A DNA stretch of 64,000 nucleotides, taken from contig CH464491.1 of the NCBI GenBank assembly GCA_000002445.1, forward strand, positions 3,008,001 to 3,072,000, given 5' to 3'. This stretch comes from Trypanosoma brucei (Eukaryota). Within the stretch, counting starts at the first letter, position 1, and each line of letters starts with the position of its first letter. This document shows, one piece after another, positions 50,985 through 62,008 of this stretch. Below the pieces are notes generated by a model. That model did not search any database, was not told where the DNA came from, and was given only the letters and a program-made list of their open reading frames with translations. Position numbers and translations under genes: made by a program.

Positions 50985-53591
50985 ATGGACCTCGTGCCAA
51001 CAGGTGATGCCGCGGTCCCTCGTGAGGAGGTACCAGCATTTGTCGAAGTGGACGATTATGGTAACCGGGTGCGGGATATTGTGTACATCTTCCTTGGTCG
51101 ACTAATCGATCCGTCTTTGCGGCCACCAGGGGCTACAGACCCCGATGCGTTAGAAAGGTTGCAGTATATCGTCCGACAGCTAGAACGTATCAGCACTTGC
51201 ACTGACTGGTCTACATGCGTGGTGCGGTGGAATGACTTTCGTCTCTTCGATGAGGATGCTAGCTCCACCATTGAGGAAAACTATCAACGCTTCTCGCCCT
51301 TCATGGACGCTGCACTGCATCAGGTCCTATCGCAGTATTATGCGGAGGACTATGTGAACCGCGGCAGGTGTAGCCCCAATCTTGTCTTTTCTTACGTTCC
51401 GCGTTGTTTAAGTGTTCGCATTCTGCGTGCATCGCTTGTGGGGCAGTTGTGCTCTATCAAAGGTGTAGTCACGCGTACGTCACAGGTTCGTCCCGAGCTT
51501 CTTGTGGGTGTGTTCCGTTGTAATGATTGTGGAACTGAGAGTAGTGCGATCCCCCAGCAGTTTCACTACACGGAACCTCCAGCATGCCGAAATCCCCAAT
51601 GCGAAAACAAAAACCGTTTTCAGTTGCTTCCAACACATCCGCAAACAAAGTTTGGCGATTGGCAGAAAATCCGTTTGCAGGAGGATACAAACAATATCCC
51701 CGCAGGTTGCATGCCACGCACGATGGAGCTCATCGCCCGCAACGATGCTGTGGAAGTAGCGAAGCCCGGTGACCGGATTGTGGCCGTGGGATGCCCCATC
51801 GTCGTACCGGAAGTGATGAAACTGTTCAACCAGGCGAACCGACGCGAGGTCCAGCGCGAGATGTCTAGCACTCAACGTGCTCATCAGGAGGCACAGCAGA
51901 ATCTGGAGGGTGCCACCGGCCTTCGCGCACTTGGTGTTCGTGAACTCAACTACCGCATGTGTTTTTTAGCTACTACCATAACAAGCGCCAATGGAGATGA
52001 TCGCAAGATGACGGAGGCGATTAAGGATTCCGGAGATGGTGCTGCAGAGCGAGAACAGGTTAGTCTCACTGCTGCTGAGATGCAGAAGGTGCAGTTGATG
52101 CGTGGTAGTGCCAACCTTCTGAAAGCGCTCACGGGTTGCATTGCACCGAATATCTTCAAGCATGACGTTGTGAAACTAGGACTCCTGCTTCAAATGGTTG
52201 GTGGTGTTTCCAAGAACACGGTGGAGCGGATCGGGTTGCGCGGTGACATCAATGTTTGCATTGTTGGGGACCCATCTACTGCCAAATCTCAATTCTTGAA
52301 GTGGGTAGCAAGTAATGTCACGCGCGGTGTGTACACTAGCGGTAAAGCCTCCACGGCCAGTGGTCTGACGGCAACAGTTACACGGGACGCAGACACAGGT
52401 GACCGTACCATTGAGGCTGGCGCGCTTATGCTTAGTGACCGCGGTGTTTGCTGCATTGATGAATTTGACAAGATGGACGTGAAGGATCAAGTAGCGATAC
52501 ACGAAGCGATGGAGCAGCAGACAATTTCCATAGCCAAAGCCGGTATCAAAGCGACTCTTAGCGCGAGGACGTCGCTCCTTGCAGCCATGAACCCTATTGG
52601 TGGAAAGTACGACCGCCGGAAGCCGCTGCAGAAGAACGTGGCGATGACAGCGCCAATTATGTCGCGTTTTGACCTAATGTTTGTGATAGTTGACGAGTCC
52701 AGCGACGATGCAGATTTCGCCATTGCGGACCAACTTCTGCGTCTGCATCGATTTGGCGATAGCGCCGTTCGTCCACCCTTTTCGACTGAAGACTGTCAGC
52801 TCTACCTTCGTTATGCGCGCTCCCTTACCCCACGCCTAAAGGAGGAGGCGGTTCACCTCATTGTGGCAGCGTACCGTGATATGCGTCTGCAAGATTCGCT
52901 CTCGAACCGTAGTAAAGTATACCGCGTTACCACACGTTTGCTAGAGAGTATGATCCGACTCTCGGAGGCCACAGCAAAACTGTACCTGAGTGAGGATGTT
53001 GAAGAAGCGCATGTGGAAGTGGCACTCGAGCTGATGCGACAGTCATTATCGACGCTTGATATGACGGAAGTAGAGCTTGTTGGTACCGTAGAACCGTTTG
53101 ATGTGGCAGCTGTTGGGATTAAGCCTGAACCACACGAAGAGCAGCAGCCGCAGCAGCAGCCAGAACCACGATTGGATTCCACTCGTGGGGATGATGGGGC
53201 TGGGCAACGGACCATAGCGCGGCGGAAGGGTAAGAAAGGTGTCTCGGCATCGACTGCCGAGAGAGGTGTTAGCGGTGGAGTCCCTGGCCAAGCCCCTCAG
53301 AAGACTGTGATTAGCGCAGACCACTACTATGGAATCGTCAACCGCATTGTGACGAGGATTCAGGCCCTTGGGGAATCCAATCCCCCATCCCGTGCGGAAC
53401 TGGTAGCGTGGTATATGGAGCAGGTTCACTCACTTAACAAATCGCAGTTGGAAGCAGAGCTTCGTTATGTGAATCTTGTTATCCAGAAGATGCTGAAAGA
53501 CGGCAATCTTCTTGAGGTTGAGCTGAATGACGGAGAGGGGAGCAAAATCTTTCTTGACCCAAACTATAACCCAGATATTACGAAGCAGTAG
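50985..53591 (+). CDS. MCM6: MCM replicative helicase subunit, most similar to MCM6
   Basis: - C4 zinc finger: CNDCGTESS...CRNPQCENKN.
- Walker A: IVGDPSTAKSQFLKWV.
- Walker B: GVCCIDEFDKMD.
- MCM box: DQVAIHEAMEQQTISIAKAGIKATL.
- Arginine finger: SRFDLMFV.
The GDPSTAKSQFLK / CCIDEFDKMDV.DQVAIHEAMEQQTISI.KAG.KATL stretch matches MCM6 as I recall it. Confidence 0.8.
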   Translation: MDLVPTGDAAVPREEVPAFVEVDDYGNRVRDIVYIFLGRLIDPSLRPPGATDPDALERLQYIVRQLERISTCTDWSTCVVRWNDFRLFDEDASSTIEENYQRFSPFMDAALHQVLSQYYAEDYVNRGRCSPNLVFSYVPRCLSVRILRASLVGQLCSIKGVVTRTSQVRPELLVGVFRCNDCGTESSAIPQQFHYTEPPACRNPQCENKNRFQLLPTHPQTKFGDWQKIRLQEDTNNIPAGCMPRTMELIARNDAVEVAKPGDRIVAVGCPIVVPEVMKLFNQANRREVQREMSSTQRAHQEAQQNLEGATGLRALGVRELNYRMCFLATTITSANGDDRKMTEAIKDSGDGAAEREQVSLTAAEMQKVQLMRGSANLLKALTGCIAPNIFKHDVVKLGLLLQMVGGVSKNTVERIGLRGDINVCIVGDPSTAKSQFLKWVASNVTRGVYTSGKASTASGLTATVTRDADTGDRTIEAGALMLSDRGVCCIDEFDKMDVKDQVAIHEAMEQQTISIAKAGIKATLSARTSLLAAMNPIGGKYDRRKPLQKNVAMTAPIMSRFDLMFVIVDESSDDADFAIADQLLRLHRFGDSAVRPPFSTEDCQLYLRYARSLTPRLKEEAVHLIVAAYRDMRLQDSLSNRSKVYRVTTRLLESMIRLSEATAKLYLSEDVEEAHVEVALELMRQSLSTLDMTEVELVGTVEPFDVAAVGIKPEPHEEQQPQQQPEPRLDSTRGDDGAGQRTIARRKGKKGVSASTAERGVSGGVPGQAPQKTVISADHYYGIVNRIVTRIQALGESNPPSRAELVAWYMEQVHSLNKSQLEAELRYVNLVIQKMLKDGNLLEVELNDGEGSKIFLDPNYNPDITKQ

Positions 53592-53945
53592 GTGCACGGG
53601 CGATCTGCGCATGCTGTCCGCTTATTCGTTGTGTGCTTGCACGTGTGCCACGGTCAGCTATTGGTGCTTGACGACCCATAGAAAAGTGAAGCGTCATTGG
53701 AGAAAATATAGAACATGTCAACTCATAGTGGTTTAACCTCCTGTATCCCGTCATTCTTCATCCTTGTGCGTCTCTTTGTGGACCGCTTGACTCTCCACAC
53801 TTCTTTGATACTTGCACCGTGAACCGCGTTTCATCCCTCAAATGTCTTCTTTTTTTAGCGGGGGGGGCAAGCGTAGTTCCACCACGTAGTGCAGAGGGTT
53901 AGTAGCATCCCTCTATTCCTTACCGTTTTTGTTACTCGGCTGAGA

Positions 53946-56900
53946 ATGGGGGAGCCAGGGGTTGTCATACCAAAAGTAGGTGAGAGATTTGTTGGTGAAG
54001 ATGGGTCCGTTTCTGTGGTCCTTGCTGACACTGTAGATGAGGACTATGTGCCAACGCAGGAGGAAATAGAGGGATTTGCTGAGTGGATGGGGATGAACCT
54101 GCCGGAAGATAATGAGTTTCTTCACATTGCTGTTGAGGGTCTGAAGGCGCCGCTTCCAAAAAACTGGCGCCCTTGTCGTACCGAGGATGATGAGGTGTAC
54201 TACTTCAACTTCAAAACTGGCGAAAGCACCTGGTGTCATCCAATGGATGAGGTACATCGAGAGAGATTTCGAAAGGCGAAGGAGCAAAAACAAAACTTAG
54301 GTGTGGGGGGTACCACGAGTAGGGACAGAAGTGCCAACATTGTGAGCGGTACGTCAACGACGGCGCAGAGGGGTGCTATGGGGAACGCAGTGGGGAGTGC
54401 ACTGGCCACCCCTACTAACTTACAGGGAGGAAGGCTGGAAAAGCTATCGCCCGCGTTAGGGACAAAGTACGCACCACTACGTTCTCCACCGCTATCCGGT
54501 GGCGCGACTACGTCGTCATTCCTCAGTAGTAATATAACCACTGGAGGCACCGCTGCTGGAGGGCCGTTGGATCGCGGTAGTGAGAGTGGTGGCACCGGCG
54601 GTGGTAAGCGGCGGTTTGTTTCGGAGACGGAAGAAGCCCTTGAAAAAAGGATCCGTCAGGAGCGGGAGGAAGCGTTCTTGGAAGAACAGAAGAAGGCCGA
54701 AGCGACGATACAAGAGCGTCGGATGAACATGCAGCGTTCCCACGAAGAAGAGGTGAAGAAACTTCGAGCCGAGACGGAGGCAAAACTGGCGGAGCTGCGT
54801 GCCAACAGGCCTAATAATGGTGCAGAAGCAGTAAAGAAAAAGGAGATGGAGGCATTGTGGACGGAGCGTCTTGACGAGGTGAAAAGAGAGGGAGAGGGTC
54901 TTGAGAAGAAGTTGGCCTCACTTCGTGAGGAAAATGAACAACGTATTGCAGCGGAGGTAAAGAAAATTGAGGCAAAAGCTTCCGCAGATTTGGAGGCCAA
55001 GGTGAAACGCATCGAGGCAGATGGGGCTGCGGCTCTAGAGAAGGCGAAACGAGAGGCGCAGGCGGCACTCTCCGCGAAGAAGAATGAGCTGCAGAAAAAA
55101 GCACGAGAAGAGCTTGAAAAGCTTAAAAAAGAGGTTGAAAAGCAACACAGTGATGACATGGCGGCACTTGAACGGAAATTCTCTTCTGACGGACATCAGT
55201 CTCAAGTCAAGTCGGCCGCATCCACGGCAGCGCCTTCTCATGCCACCGATGTGGAGTCACGCATCGCCGCCATTCGTGAGAAGGAGAAGCAGGAAGTTTC
55301 TGCCATTCAGAAGCGCTCGGAGGAGGAAAAGGCTGCCTTGCGCCGTTCTATGGATGAGGCCATTGGTGCTTTACGTCGGGAGATACACGACATTCAACAG
55401 GCTGCCGCTTCCGAAGCCGTACCTGCAGCCAGAAATTCCGGTCCAAGCAGTGTGGAGCTTGAAGAGGTACGACGCCGTTGGCGAGCGGAGGAGGCACGAC
55501 GGATGCAACTTCTTGCTGAGGACCGCCGCGCAAAGGTTTTAGCGCAGGAAAAGTCTTTGGAGACATCCTCTTCGCTTCCAAAATCGTCGGCGGCACAGGA
55601 GGTAACGGCAGACCAATCGCTAAAGATGCGTGCGATACTGACAGCAAAAGAGAAGGAGCATCAGGAAACGGAGGCGCTTCTCCGTTCGACTCTGCAAGAA
55701 GAACTTACGCGCACTAGTTTGTCTCTGGACGCACAACTTGAAGCGGCCGTCGCCGATGCATTTAAGGTATTTGTTAGGTCTACTGAGGTGTCACGCCGAT
55801 TCGAGAAGGAGGACTTTGAGCGTCGGAGGGCTAGTAATTCTGTGGCACAAGTTGCGAAGGAGGGAAAAGGCATGGATAGTAAACCGAAGGTGAGTGAGGG
55901 TGCGTCCTTTGATGCAGAAGAATTGCTCCAAAAGAAGGTGGAAGAAGCAGTTGGTGAGGCTCTGCAAAATATGAGGGCAGACCATGAAAATGCGTTGCGC
56001 CGGCTGAGGCAGCGGTACGAGGAGGAGCGTAGGATGCTCATTGCCTCAGTAGATGAAGAAGTGAGCACAATGGAAGAAAAGGAACGTCAACAGATCGACC
56101 AGAAGTTGAAGGGTCAAACAAGAGATTATGAGCCAGGAGCAGGAAACGCGACAACAAGGACCGCTGGAGGGACATCCACCTCAATCGGTGTTCCCCTGGG
56201 GTTATTGCAGCAGCGTCTTACGTCTATTGAGGCTGCGTACTCCAACCAAATCCAAGACTTAGAGGCTGATCTCATGTCGCTTAATTCAGCGATACGTATG
56301 ATGGATGAGCTGCCCAACTTCCTGGGTCAGAGAGCATCTAAGAATCAAGAGACAGATTTCACGCGCTGTGGCAGTCATATGGAACCAGGAAACAGTTTCA
56401 GGTACGTCCCGTCAACAGGGAAACATGCTCTACCCACTGGAAAGGGAGGAGCTTCACCCTCCACCATGTTTTCTTCTGAGGCTCGTCTCTTTCTTGCTGG
56501 TCAGTTCCGAGATTTCTCTGCGCGCCGGGACGCGCTTCAGGCAGCTCGTGAAGAGTGGTACGCCAACGCTATGGAAGCTGCAGCACCTGTTCCCGCCGTT
56601 GGTAGCGGCCCGCTAGCTGACACAGCGGGGTTAAGTGACGTGCACACGCATATGATCAGCCTCATTGGCTCCCTGGGTGGTCGCCTGGAGCGCATAATGC
56701 GTCGTGTGAATGCACTTCAGGCGTACACAGAAGGAAAGCGCTTATCCCCACCTCGTCAACGGCGGCGGATGCGTCACGGCTCAGCGGCCCGCCATGACAA
56801 AAAAACCAAGTCGACCCACAAAAAGCATCGGCACGCTAAGGCGCCCACGGGTCATCCGCACGGTAGTCTTATTCAGAAATGGAGCCGCATTCTCTCCGAA

Positions 56901-56966
56901 CTTTCCTCTCCACCAGTCACTGGCGGGGAGCTTTCAGCATTTCTTCGGCACTTGGGAAGGGACTGA
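53946..56966 (+). CDS. WW-domain protein with a long coiled-coil region. The listed ORF starts at 53889; the ATG at 53946 (MGEPGVVIPKV) is more likely.
   Basis: WW domain: LPKNWRPCRTEDDEVYYFNFKTGESTWCHP. It is followed by ~700 aa of E/K/A-rich heptad sequence (EEQKKAEATIQERRMNMQRSHEEEVKKLRAETEAKLAELR...). The C-terminal tail is basic (KKTKSTHKKHRHAKAP). Confidence 0.6.
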   Translation: MGEPGVVIPKVGERFVGEDGSVSVVLADTVDEDYVPTQEEIEGFAEWMGMNLPEDNEFLHIAVEGLKAPLPKNWRPCRTEDDEVYYFNFKTGESTWCHPMDEVHRERFRKAKEQKQNLGVGGTTSRDRSANIVSGTSTTAQRGAMGNAVGSALATPTNLQGGRLEKLSPALGTKYAPLRSPPLSGGATTSSFLSSNITTGGTAAGGPLDRGSESGGTGGGKRRFVSETEEALEKRIRQEREEAFLEEQKKAEATIQERRMNMQRSHEEEVKKLRAETEAKLAELRANRPNNGAEAVKKKEMEALWTERLDEVKREGEGLEKKLASLREENEQRIAAEVKKIEAKASADLEAKVKRIEADGAAALEKAKREAQAALSAKKNELQKKAREELEKLKKEVEKQHSDDMAALERKFSSDGHQSQVKSAASTAAPSHATDVESRIAAIREKEKQEVSAIQKRSEEEKAALRRSMDEAIGALRREIHDIQQAAASEAVPAARNSGPSSVELEEVRRRWRAEEARRMQLLAEDRRAKVLAQEKSLETSSSLPKSSAAQEVTADQSLKMRAILTAKEKEHQETEALLRSTLQEELTRTSLSLDAQLEAAVADAFKVFVRSTEVSRRFEKEDFERRRASNSVAQVAKEGKGMDSKPKVSEGASFDAEELLQKKVEEAVGEALQNMRADHENALRRLRQRYEEERRMLIASVDEEVSTMEEKERQQIDQKLKGQTRDYEPGAGNATTRTAGGTSTSIGVPLGLLQQRLTSIEAAYSNQIQDLEADLMSLNSAIRMMDELPNFLGQRASKNQETDFTRCGSHMEPGNSFRYVPSTGKHALPTGKGGASPSTMFSSEARLFLAGQFRDFSARRDALQAAREEWYANAMEAAAPVPAVGSGPLADTAGLSDVHTHMISLIGSLGGRLERIMRRVNALQAYTEGKRLSPPRQRRRMRHGSAARHDKKTKSTHKKHRHAKAPTGHPHGSLIQKWSRILSELSSPPVTGGELSAFLRHLGRD

Positions 56967-57278
56967 GTGCCAGATGAATAGAAAGGGGGTGCCCAGTTGA
57001 GAGGGCTTAGAAAAAATGTGGATTTGCTCTCTGATTATAACTCCTCTCGTTCTATTTTGCGTAATCATCACCCTTGGCACTTTCAATGCATGTGCGTTTG
57101 GCGGTGCTCCTTGTTTGGTCGGCTGCGGTTAGTGTCTGACAATTCACGTAGGGTCGTGCAAAAAGAAACTAACCTCGGCAGCTTTTTGCAGTAACGACTT
57201 CTGCAACTGGTCCAAGGAGTTGGTTTCCAATCATTGGCCCATGCACACTTTATGGAAAAAAAAAGAGGGCAGTCGAAG

Positions 57279-57392
57279 CCCTTCTTCCTCTCTTCTTCTT
57301 CACTTTCCCGTTCTTGTATCACACCAACGGCAAAATATCATTCTTCTTGGCACCCTGTGCCCCCATTTCTTCTTACGATTCTTCTTTGCCAC
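57279..57392 (+). promoter_or_regulatory. Polypyrimidine tract upstream of TRM61
   Basis: cccttcttcctctcttcttcttcactttcccgttcttgtatc...ttcttcttggcaccctgtgcccccatttcttcttacgattcttctttgcc. Confidence 0.4.
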
Positions 57393-57416
57393 TATACGAA
57401 ACCAGGCAGCCAACAC

Positions 57417-58505
57417 ATGCTAGCACCTAGAGGCTCTGTCGCAAAGGAAGGAGACGTCGTGTTGCTCTTCCGCGGTCACCTTCAATTTACACCATTACTC
57501 CTGCAGCGCGGGGCGATGCTGCACTGCAAGGATGGGAAGTTCATGCACGATGACATTATTGGCTGCCCGTTGGGAACACGTGTCATGGGTCGGAGCAACT
57601 TGAAGAATGACCCCCGTGGGGCGCCCAGTGTGCTTGTGATGCAGAACTGCGCAGACCTGTGGACAGTTGCGGTGCCTCACCGCACACAAATAATCTACGA
57701 CACAGATATTGCCGTCATCGTGTTCAACCTGCGGCTGCGACCGGGCCATCGTGTAGCCGAAGCAGGAACTGGAAGTGGTTCGCTCACTCATTCCTTAGCC
57801 AGGACTGTTGCTCCGGACGGTATTGTGTATACGTATGATTTTCACAAGAAACGGTGTCTCGAGGCACTGCAGGAGTTCCGCCGTAATGGTTTGCCAGCGT
57901 CTCTTGTGCGTTGCAACTGGCGGGACGTATGTGTTACAGCGAGTGGATCGGATGAAAGTGTAATGACCGGTATGCAGCTGCCTGACGCAGCCCAAAGTGA
58001 GAACAAAGGAGAGGATAAAGAGGAGCCAGAACCGGGCTACGGTCTTCCGAAGCATCATGTTGACGCTGTCTTTCTCGATGTTCCGTCGCCATGGCTGGCG
58101 ATTGACAATGTGCTGCACGTACTTCGACCTGGTGGGATGCTTTGCACATTTTCACCATGCATTGAACAGACGCAGCGCACAGCCCAGCGGCTGCGGCAGG
58201 CACCACAGGAGTTCATTGACATACGCACGGTCGAGGTTGTACGGAAGTTTATTAATCCCGTTTGCAGGAAGCGCAATCATTCAGAGGGAACTGAGGGGGA
58301 AAGTAACAACAAGCCAACATGTCGCTTTAAGTTCCGCCCTGCACTGGTGTCGATGGGTCACACGGCGTACCTCACGTTCGCCCGGCGGCGGCTGGAGCGC
58401 ATTCCAGTGGTAGACACGGTGGAGGCATCTGCCGCGGCAACCAACACGGCCTCCTCCTCTCAGGACGTTACCGCTGGTGGTGGTGTGAACACTGGTACAA
58501 TCTAA
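57417..58505 (+). CDS. TRM61: tRNA (adenine58-N1)-methyltransferase catalytic subunit TRM61/GCD14. The listed ORF starts at 57234.
   Basis: Starts MLAPRGSVAKEGDVVLLFRGH...GAMLHCKDGKFMHDDIIGCPLG, which is the TRM61 N-terminal beta-domain pattern. The SAM-binding motif I is VAEAGTGSGSLTHSLARTV, and DAVFLDVPSPW is also present. The 5' part of the ORF (57234-57416) is pyrimidine tract. Confidence 0.8.
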   Translation: MLAPRGSVAKEGDVVLLFRGHLQFTPLLLQRGAMLHCKDGKFMHDDIIGCPLGTRVMGRSNLKNDPRGAPSVLVMQNCADLWTVAVPHRTQIIYDTDIAVIVFNLRLRPGHRVAEAGTGSGSLTHSLARTVAPDGIVYTYDFHKKRCLEALQEFRRNGLPASLVRCNWRDVCVTASGSDESVMTGMQLPDAAQSENKGEDKEEPEPGYGLPKHHVDAVFLDVPSPWLAIDNVLHVLRPGGMLCTFSPCIEQTQRTAQRLRQAPQEFIDIRTVEVVRKFINPVCRKRNHSEGTEGESNNKPTCRFKFRPALVSMGHTAYLTFARRRLERIPVVDTVEASAAATNTASSSQDVTAGGGVNTGTI

Positions 58506-58710
58506 AAGTAACTGTACCGTTGTTAACGTGATGTGCTTCCTGGTTTCTGGTGCTGAAAGCTAACAGCATTGGGTGGTAAGCCAAAGATCCTCCAGTTACT
58601 CTTCAAATGTTTCCTCTCTTTCATGGGGCACAACAACGCCTGCACGATTACGTTTAGCCTCTAGTTAAAGGAGCTGGGCGAAGGTTAGTAGCAGCAGCTG
58701 TACCTTTGGT

Positions 58711-60510
58711 GTGATGGACTTCAAACGACAGCTGGCCTCTGCGTTGGTGCTGAACGTGGTGCTAAAGGTTTTCACCTTCCTTCTAACTGCTGGCGTCACA
58801 CGACAACTTGCACCAAATGAAAACGGCGTCAATTTCTCTTTTCAATTGTACTTCAATACCGTGCTTTTTCTCGCAAGAGAGTCGGTGCGTAGTGTAAACG
58901 CACGACACAATCTGCGTGAAAAGTCAGGAAGTGGTGGGGCAGCTCTAAAAGTAATGAACTGTGCGGCTATTTCGCTTCCTCTCGGCCTCCTAGTGGTCCT
59001 CGTGCTGGAGCTCCTACACGGTTTCCGCATTACACTGTTTCCCTCTTTGGCTGCCCTTGCGAACGTTGGGAGTGTGTCTGCTGCATCTGCAGAGGCACAA
59101 GGCCCCGGGATGGACGGGGGCACATTGGGGTTACCTGAGGTGGTACAGGTGATAAGTGTCATTGCCGCGCTGTCTATTGAACCTTGCTTAGCCGTTGCTC
59201 AGTCACTTGATAATGTTCGGACAGTTGTCACCTCGGAGTTTTGGGCGTTACTGGCGCGACTTACAGCAACAATTTCAATTTTGTGGTGGTATGGTTCCTT
59301 AAGTGGGCATCCGTGGATAACGCGAATGTGTTTTTCAGTTGCGAATCTCTCCGATGCTTTGGCCACAGTGGCGTACTTTCTTTGCCTATGGAATGCTCCT
59401 AACCAAGAAAGGGGTCGCAAAGCCGCCGGTGGTGGTGGTTGTGAGGGGGACGAAGATGGTGAGGCGGCCACATCCATGTACCAGGTGCGAGTCATTGCGG
59501 CGCGTGTCTTATGGGGAGATACGGTCCAGACGAAAACGAGTGCGCGGTCGCACCCATTGCGTGAATGCCTACCTTGGTGTTATCTTTCCCTTCATTCGAT
59601 GCATGATGTGTTGCTGCGTGAGTTCCGCCTGTTTCTTCAATTTTTTCGAGAAAGTTGCCTGCGACTTCTACTGACTGAGGGAGAGCACTTTGCCCTCGCT
59701 GCAATGGGCTCGGCCGCAGCTGTAGGCCAATACAGTGTTGTCACAAATTTGGGCTCACTTATCGTCCGCCTTGTTTTCCGGGTGTGGGAGACGGCTTGCT
59801 TTGCCAGGTGGAGCCGAGACATTGCTGCTGGTCGCATGGCTGATGCCTCGGTGCTCCTGTTTGTTATGCTTCGTGTGTCGCTGTACTTTGGCGCTGTTGC
59901 AATACTTCTGGGGCCACCACTGGCGGAACTGGTTCTTCTTCGACTTTTCACGCGGCGTTGGGCCACGGCAGAAACTGTTCGGGCGTTACAGTTGTACTGC
60001 TACCAGCTCCCCCTGATGGGTTGGTACGGCTTGCTCGATGCCTTTGTAAGGGCCACAGCGTCTCCGCGAGTACTACGATTAGCACAACAGGTACTGGTCG
60101 TTCAGGCAGCAGTATACGTTGCGTTTTGCTTTGCGGCGTTGCGACTGCATTGGGTCGGCGATCCAGTGGCAGGGCTTATCGTTGCCAACGGTATCAGTAC
60201 CGGATTGCGCTGCGCCACATCTCTCTGGATGATTATCAAAACCCCCGGGAGACCTCAGCAAGAAAGTCGTCGTTTCGAAGTACAATTGCGGGACTTTTCA
60301 GCGGTATTCGACTCGCGAATTGCAACTGTTTGGTTTCTTCTTTTTGGGTGTACGAGGATGCTCCTGCCGTTCATCTCTTTGACGACCTCGGGTGTGGTTA
60401 GTGTTGTATTGTTTTTTCCACTCTTTGCCGCATCCGTCCTTCGATGGGATCCCGAAACCCGCGTCGTGGTGAAGGCGCTGGTTCTCAGCTCAAAAAGAAG
60501 CGGCGAGTAG
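58711..60510 (+). CDS. Polytopic membrane protein, RFT1-like (oligosaccharide-lipid translocation-associated), candidate
   Basis: 599 aa with ~12 predicted hydrophobic helices. The N-terminus ALVLNVVLKVFTFLLTAGVTRQLAPNENGVNFSFQLYFNTVLFLARESVR resembles the RFT1 N-terminal region. Assignment by recollection only. Confidence 0.5.
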   Translation: MMDFKRQLASALVLNVVLKVFTFLLTAGVTRQLAPNENGVNFSFQLYFNTVLFLARESVRSVNARHNLREKSGSGGAALKVMNCAAISLPLGLLVVLVLELLHGFRITLFPSLAALANVGSVSAASAEAQGPGMDGGTLGLPEVVQVISVIAALSIEPCLAVAQSLDNVRTVVTSEFWALLARLTATISILWWYGSLSGHPWITRMCFSVANLSDALATVAYFLCLWNAPNQERGRKAAGGGGCEGDEDGEAATSMYQVRVIAARVLWGDTVQTKTSARSHPLRECLPWCYLSLHSMHDVLLREFRLFLQFFRESCLRLLLTEGEHFALAAMGSAAAVGQYSVVTNLGSLIVRLVFRVWETACFARWSRDIAAGRMADASVLLFVMLRVSLYFGAVAILLGPPLAELVLLRLFTRRWATAETVRALQLYCYQLPLMGWYGLLDAFVRATASPRVLRLAQQVLVVQAAVYVAFCFAALRLHWVGDPVAGLIVANGISTGLRCATSLWMIIKTPGRPQQESRRFEVQLRDFSAVFDSRIATVWFLLFGCTRMLLPFISLTTSGVVSVVLFFPLFAASVLRWDPETRVVVKALVLSSKRSGE

Positions 60511-60856
60511 TCTAAGGTGGGAATAATGAAGCAGTACACCAGCTATTCATCTTATACACGCTAACCACCGTGTTTGTGTGGCAGACGCCAACCAGTAAGT
60601 ATAACTTGTAGGAAAATATTACTGTGTCTTGCACATGCATATACATATATATGTACATATACTTTTTTTCTTGTGCTTTCTCTCGAAACAACCGGATAGT
60701 TTATTTAAGCCTAAATACGCCCACATACGCACGTAGTAATAAATTACAGCTAAGTTGAGGTAAAACAAGAAAGGTACTGAGGGAAATACGGGAAGAGTCA
60801 GCTCACGTAAGATCCCATAGCTACTTTTTAAATTGAACGCAAACAACTCGCGCAAA

Positions 60857-62008
60857 ATGCTCCGTCGTTTGGCCACTCATGGACTCCAAGCTACGTGCCT
60901 GACTTCGGAGAAGTTGGCGTACCGCTACTGCCTCAGCATTTGTGTCCCCACTATTGCCGAGTCCATCAGCAGTGGGAAGGTTGTGGGATGGACTAAGAAG
61001 GTTGGTGACGCTGTTGCCGAAGATGAGATTATTTGTCAAATTGAGTCGGACAAACTCAATGTGGATGTACGCGCCCCTGCCGCGGGTGTGATCACGAAGA
61101 TAAACTTCGAAGAGGGCACTGTTGTCGATGTTGGCGCCGAGCTTTCAACCATGAAGGAAGGTGAGGCCCCCGCCGCCAAGGCCGAAACAGCCGACAAACC
61201 GAAGCAGAATGCACCGGCGGCGGCAGCACCTCCCAAAGCTTCCCCAACTGAAGCCGCGCCAAAGCCAGCGCCCGCGGCTGCTCCCGTCACCTCACGTGGG
61301 GCGGACCCGCGCGTACGTAGCGTTCGCATCTCCTCCATGCGGCAGCGCATTGCGGATCGGCTGAAGGCAAGCCAGAACACGTGTGCCATGCTCACGACAT
61401 TCAACGAGATTGATATGACCCCTCTTATCGAGTTGCGCAATCGTTACAAGGATGATTTCTTCAAGAAGAACGGGGTGAAACTTGGATTCATGTCGCCATT
61501 CGTGAAGGCCTGTGCTATTGCACTTCAGGACGTTCCTATTGTCAACGCATCCTTCGGCACTGACTGCATCGAATACCACGACTACGTGGACATCAGTGTT
61601 GCCGTATCCACACCGAAAGGTCTTGTTGTGCCGGTCCTTCGTGACGTGCAGAACTCCAACTTTGCCCAAATTGAAAAGCAAATCGCAGACTTTGGTGAGC
61701 GCGCCCGCTCGAACAAGCTGACCATGGCGGAGATGACCGGTGGCACATTCACTATTAGCAACGGCGGCGTGTTTGGCTCGTGGATGGGGACACCTATCGT
61801 CAACCCACCACAGAGCGCTATTCTTGGTATGCACGCCACGAAGAAGAAGCCGTGGGTTGTGGGCAACTCCGTCGTCCCGCGTGACATAATGGCGGTTGCC
61901 CTCACGTACGATCACCGTCTCATCGACGGCAGTGACGCCGTAACATTTCTCGTTAAGGTGAAGAACCTCATTGAGGATCCCGCACGTATTGTGCTCGACC
62001 TCGCCTAA
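60857..62008 (+). CDS. Dihydrolipoamide succinyltransferase, the E2 component of 2-oxoglutarate dehydrogenase. The ORF opens at 60833; a mitochondrial presequence follows the ATG at 60857.
   Basis: - Single lipoyl domain with lipoyl-lysine in IESDKLNVDV.
- Ala/Pro-rich linker.
- 2-oxoacid dehydrogenase acyltransferase catalytic domain: ISNGGVFGSWMGTPIVNPPQSAILGMHA ... YDHRLIDGSDA. Confidence 0.85.
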   Translation: MLRRLATHGLQATCLTSEKLAYRYCLSICVPTIAESISSGKVVGWTKKVGDAVAEDEIICQIESDKLNVDVRAPAAGVITKINFEEGTVVDVGAELSTMKEGEAPAAKAETADKPKQNAPAAAAPPKASPTEAAPKPAPAAAPVTSRGADPRVRSVRISSMRQRIADRLKASQNTCAMLTTFNEIDMTPLIELRNRYKDDFFKKNGVKLGFMSPFVKACAIALQDVPIVNASFGTDCIEYHDYVDISVAVSTPKGLVVPVLRDVQNSNFAQIEKQIADFGERARSNKLTMAEMTGGTFTISNGGVFGSWMGTPIVNPPQSAILGMHATKKKPWVVGNSVVPRDIMAVALTYDHRLIDGSDAVTFLVKVKNLIEDPARIVLDLA

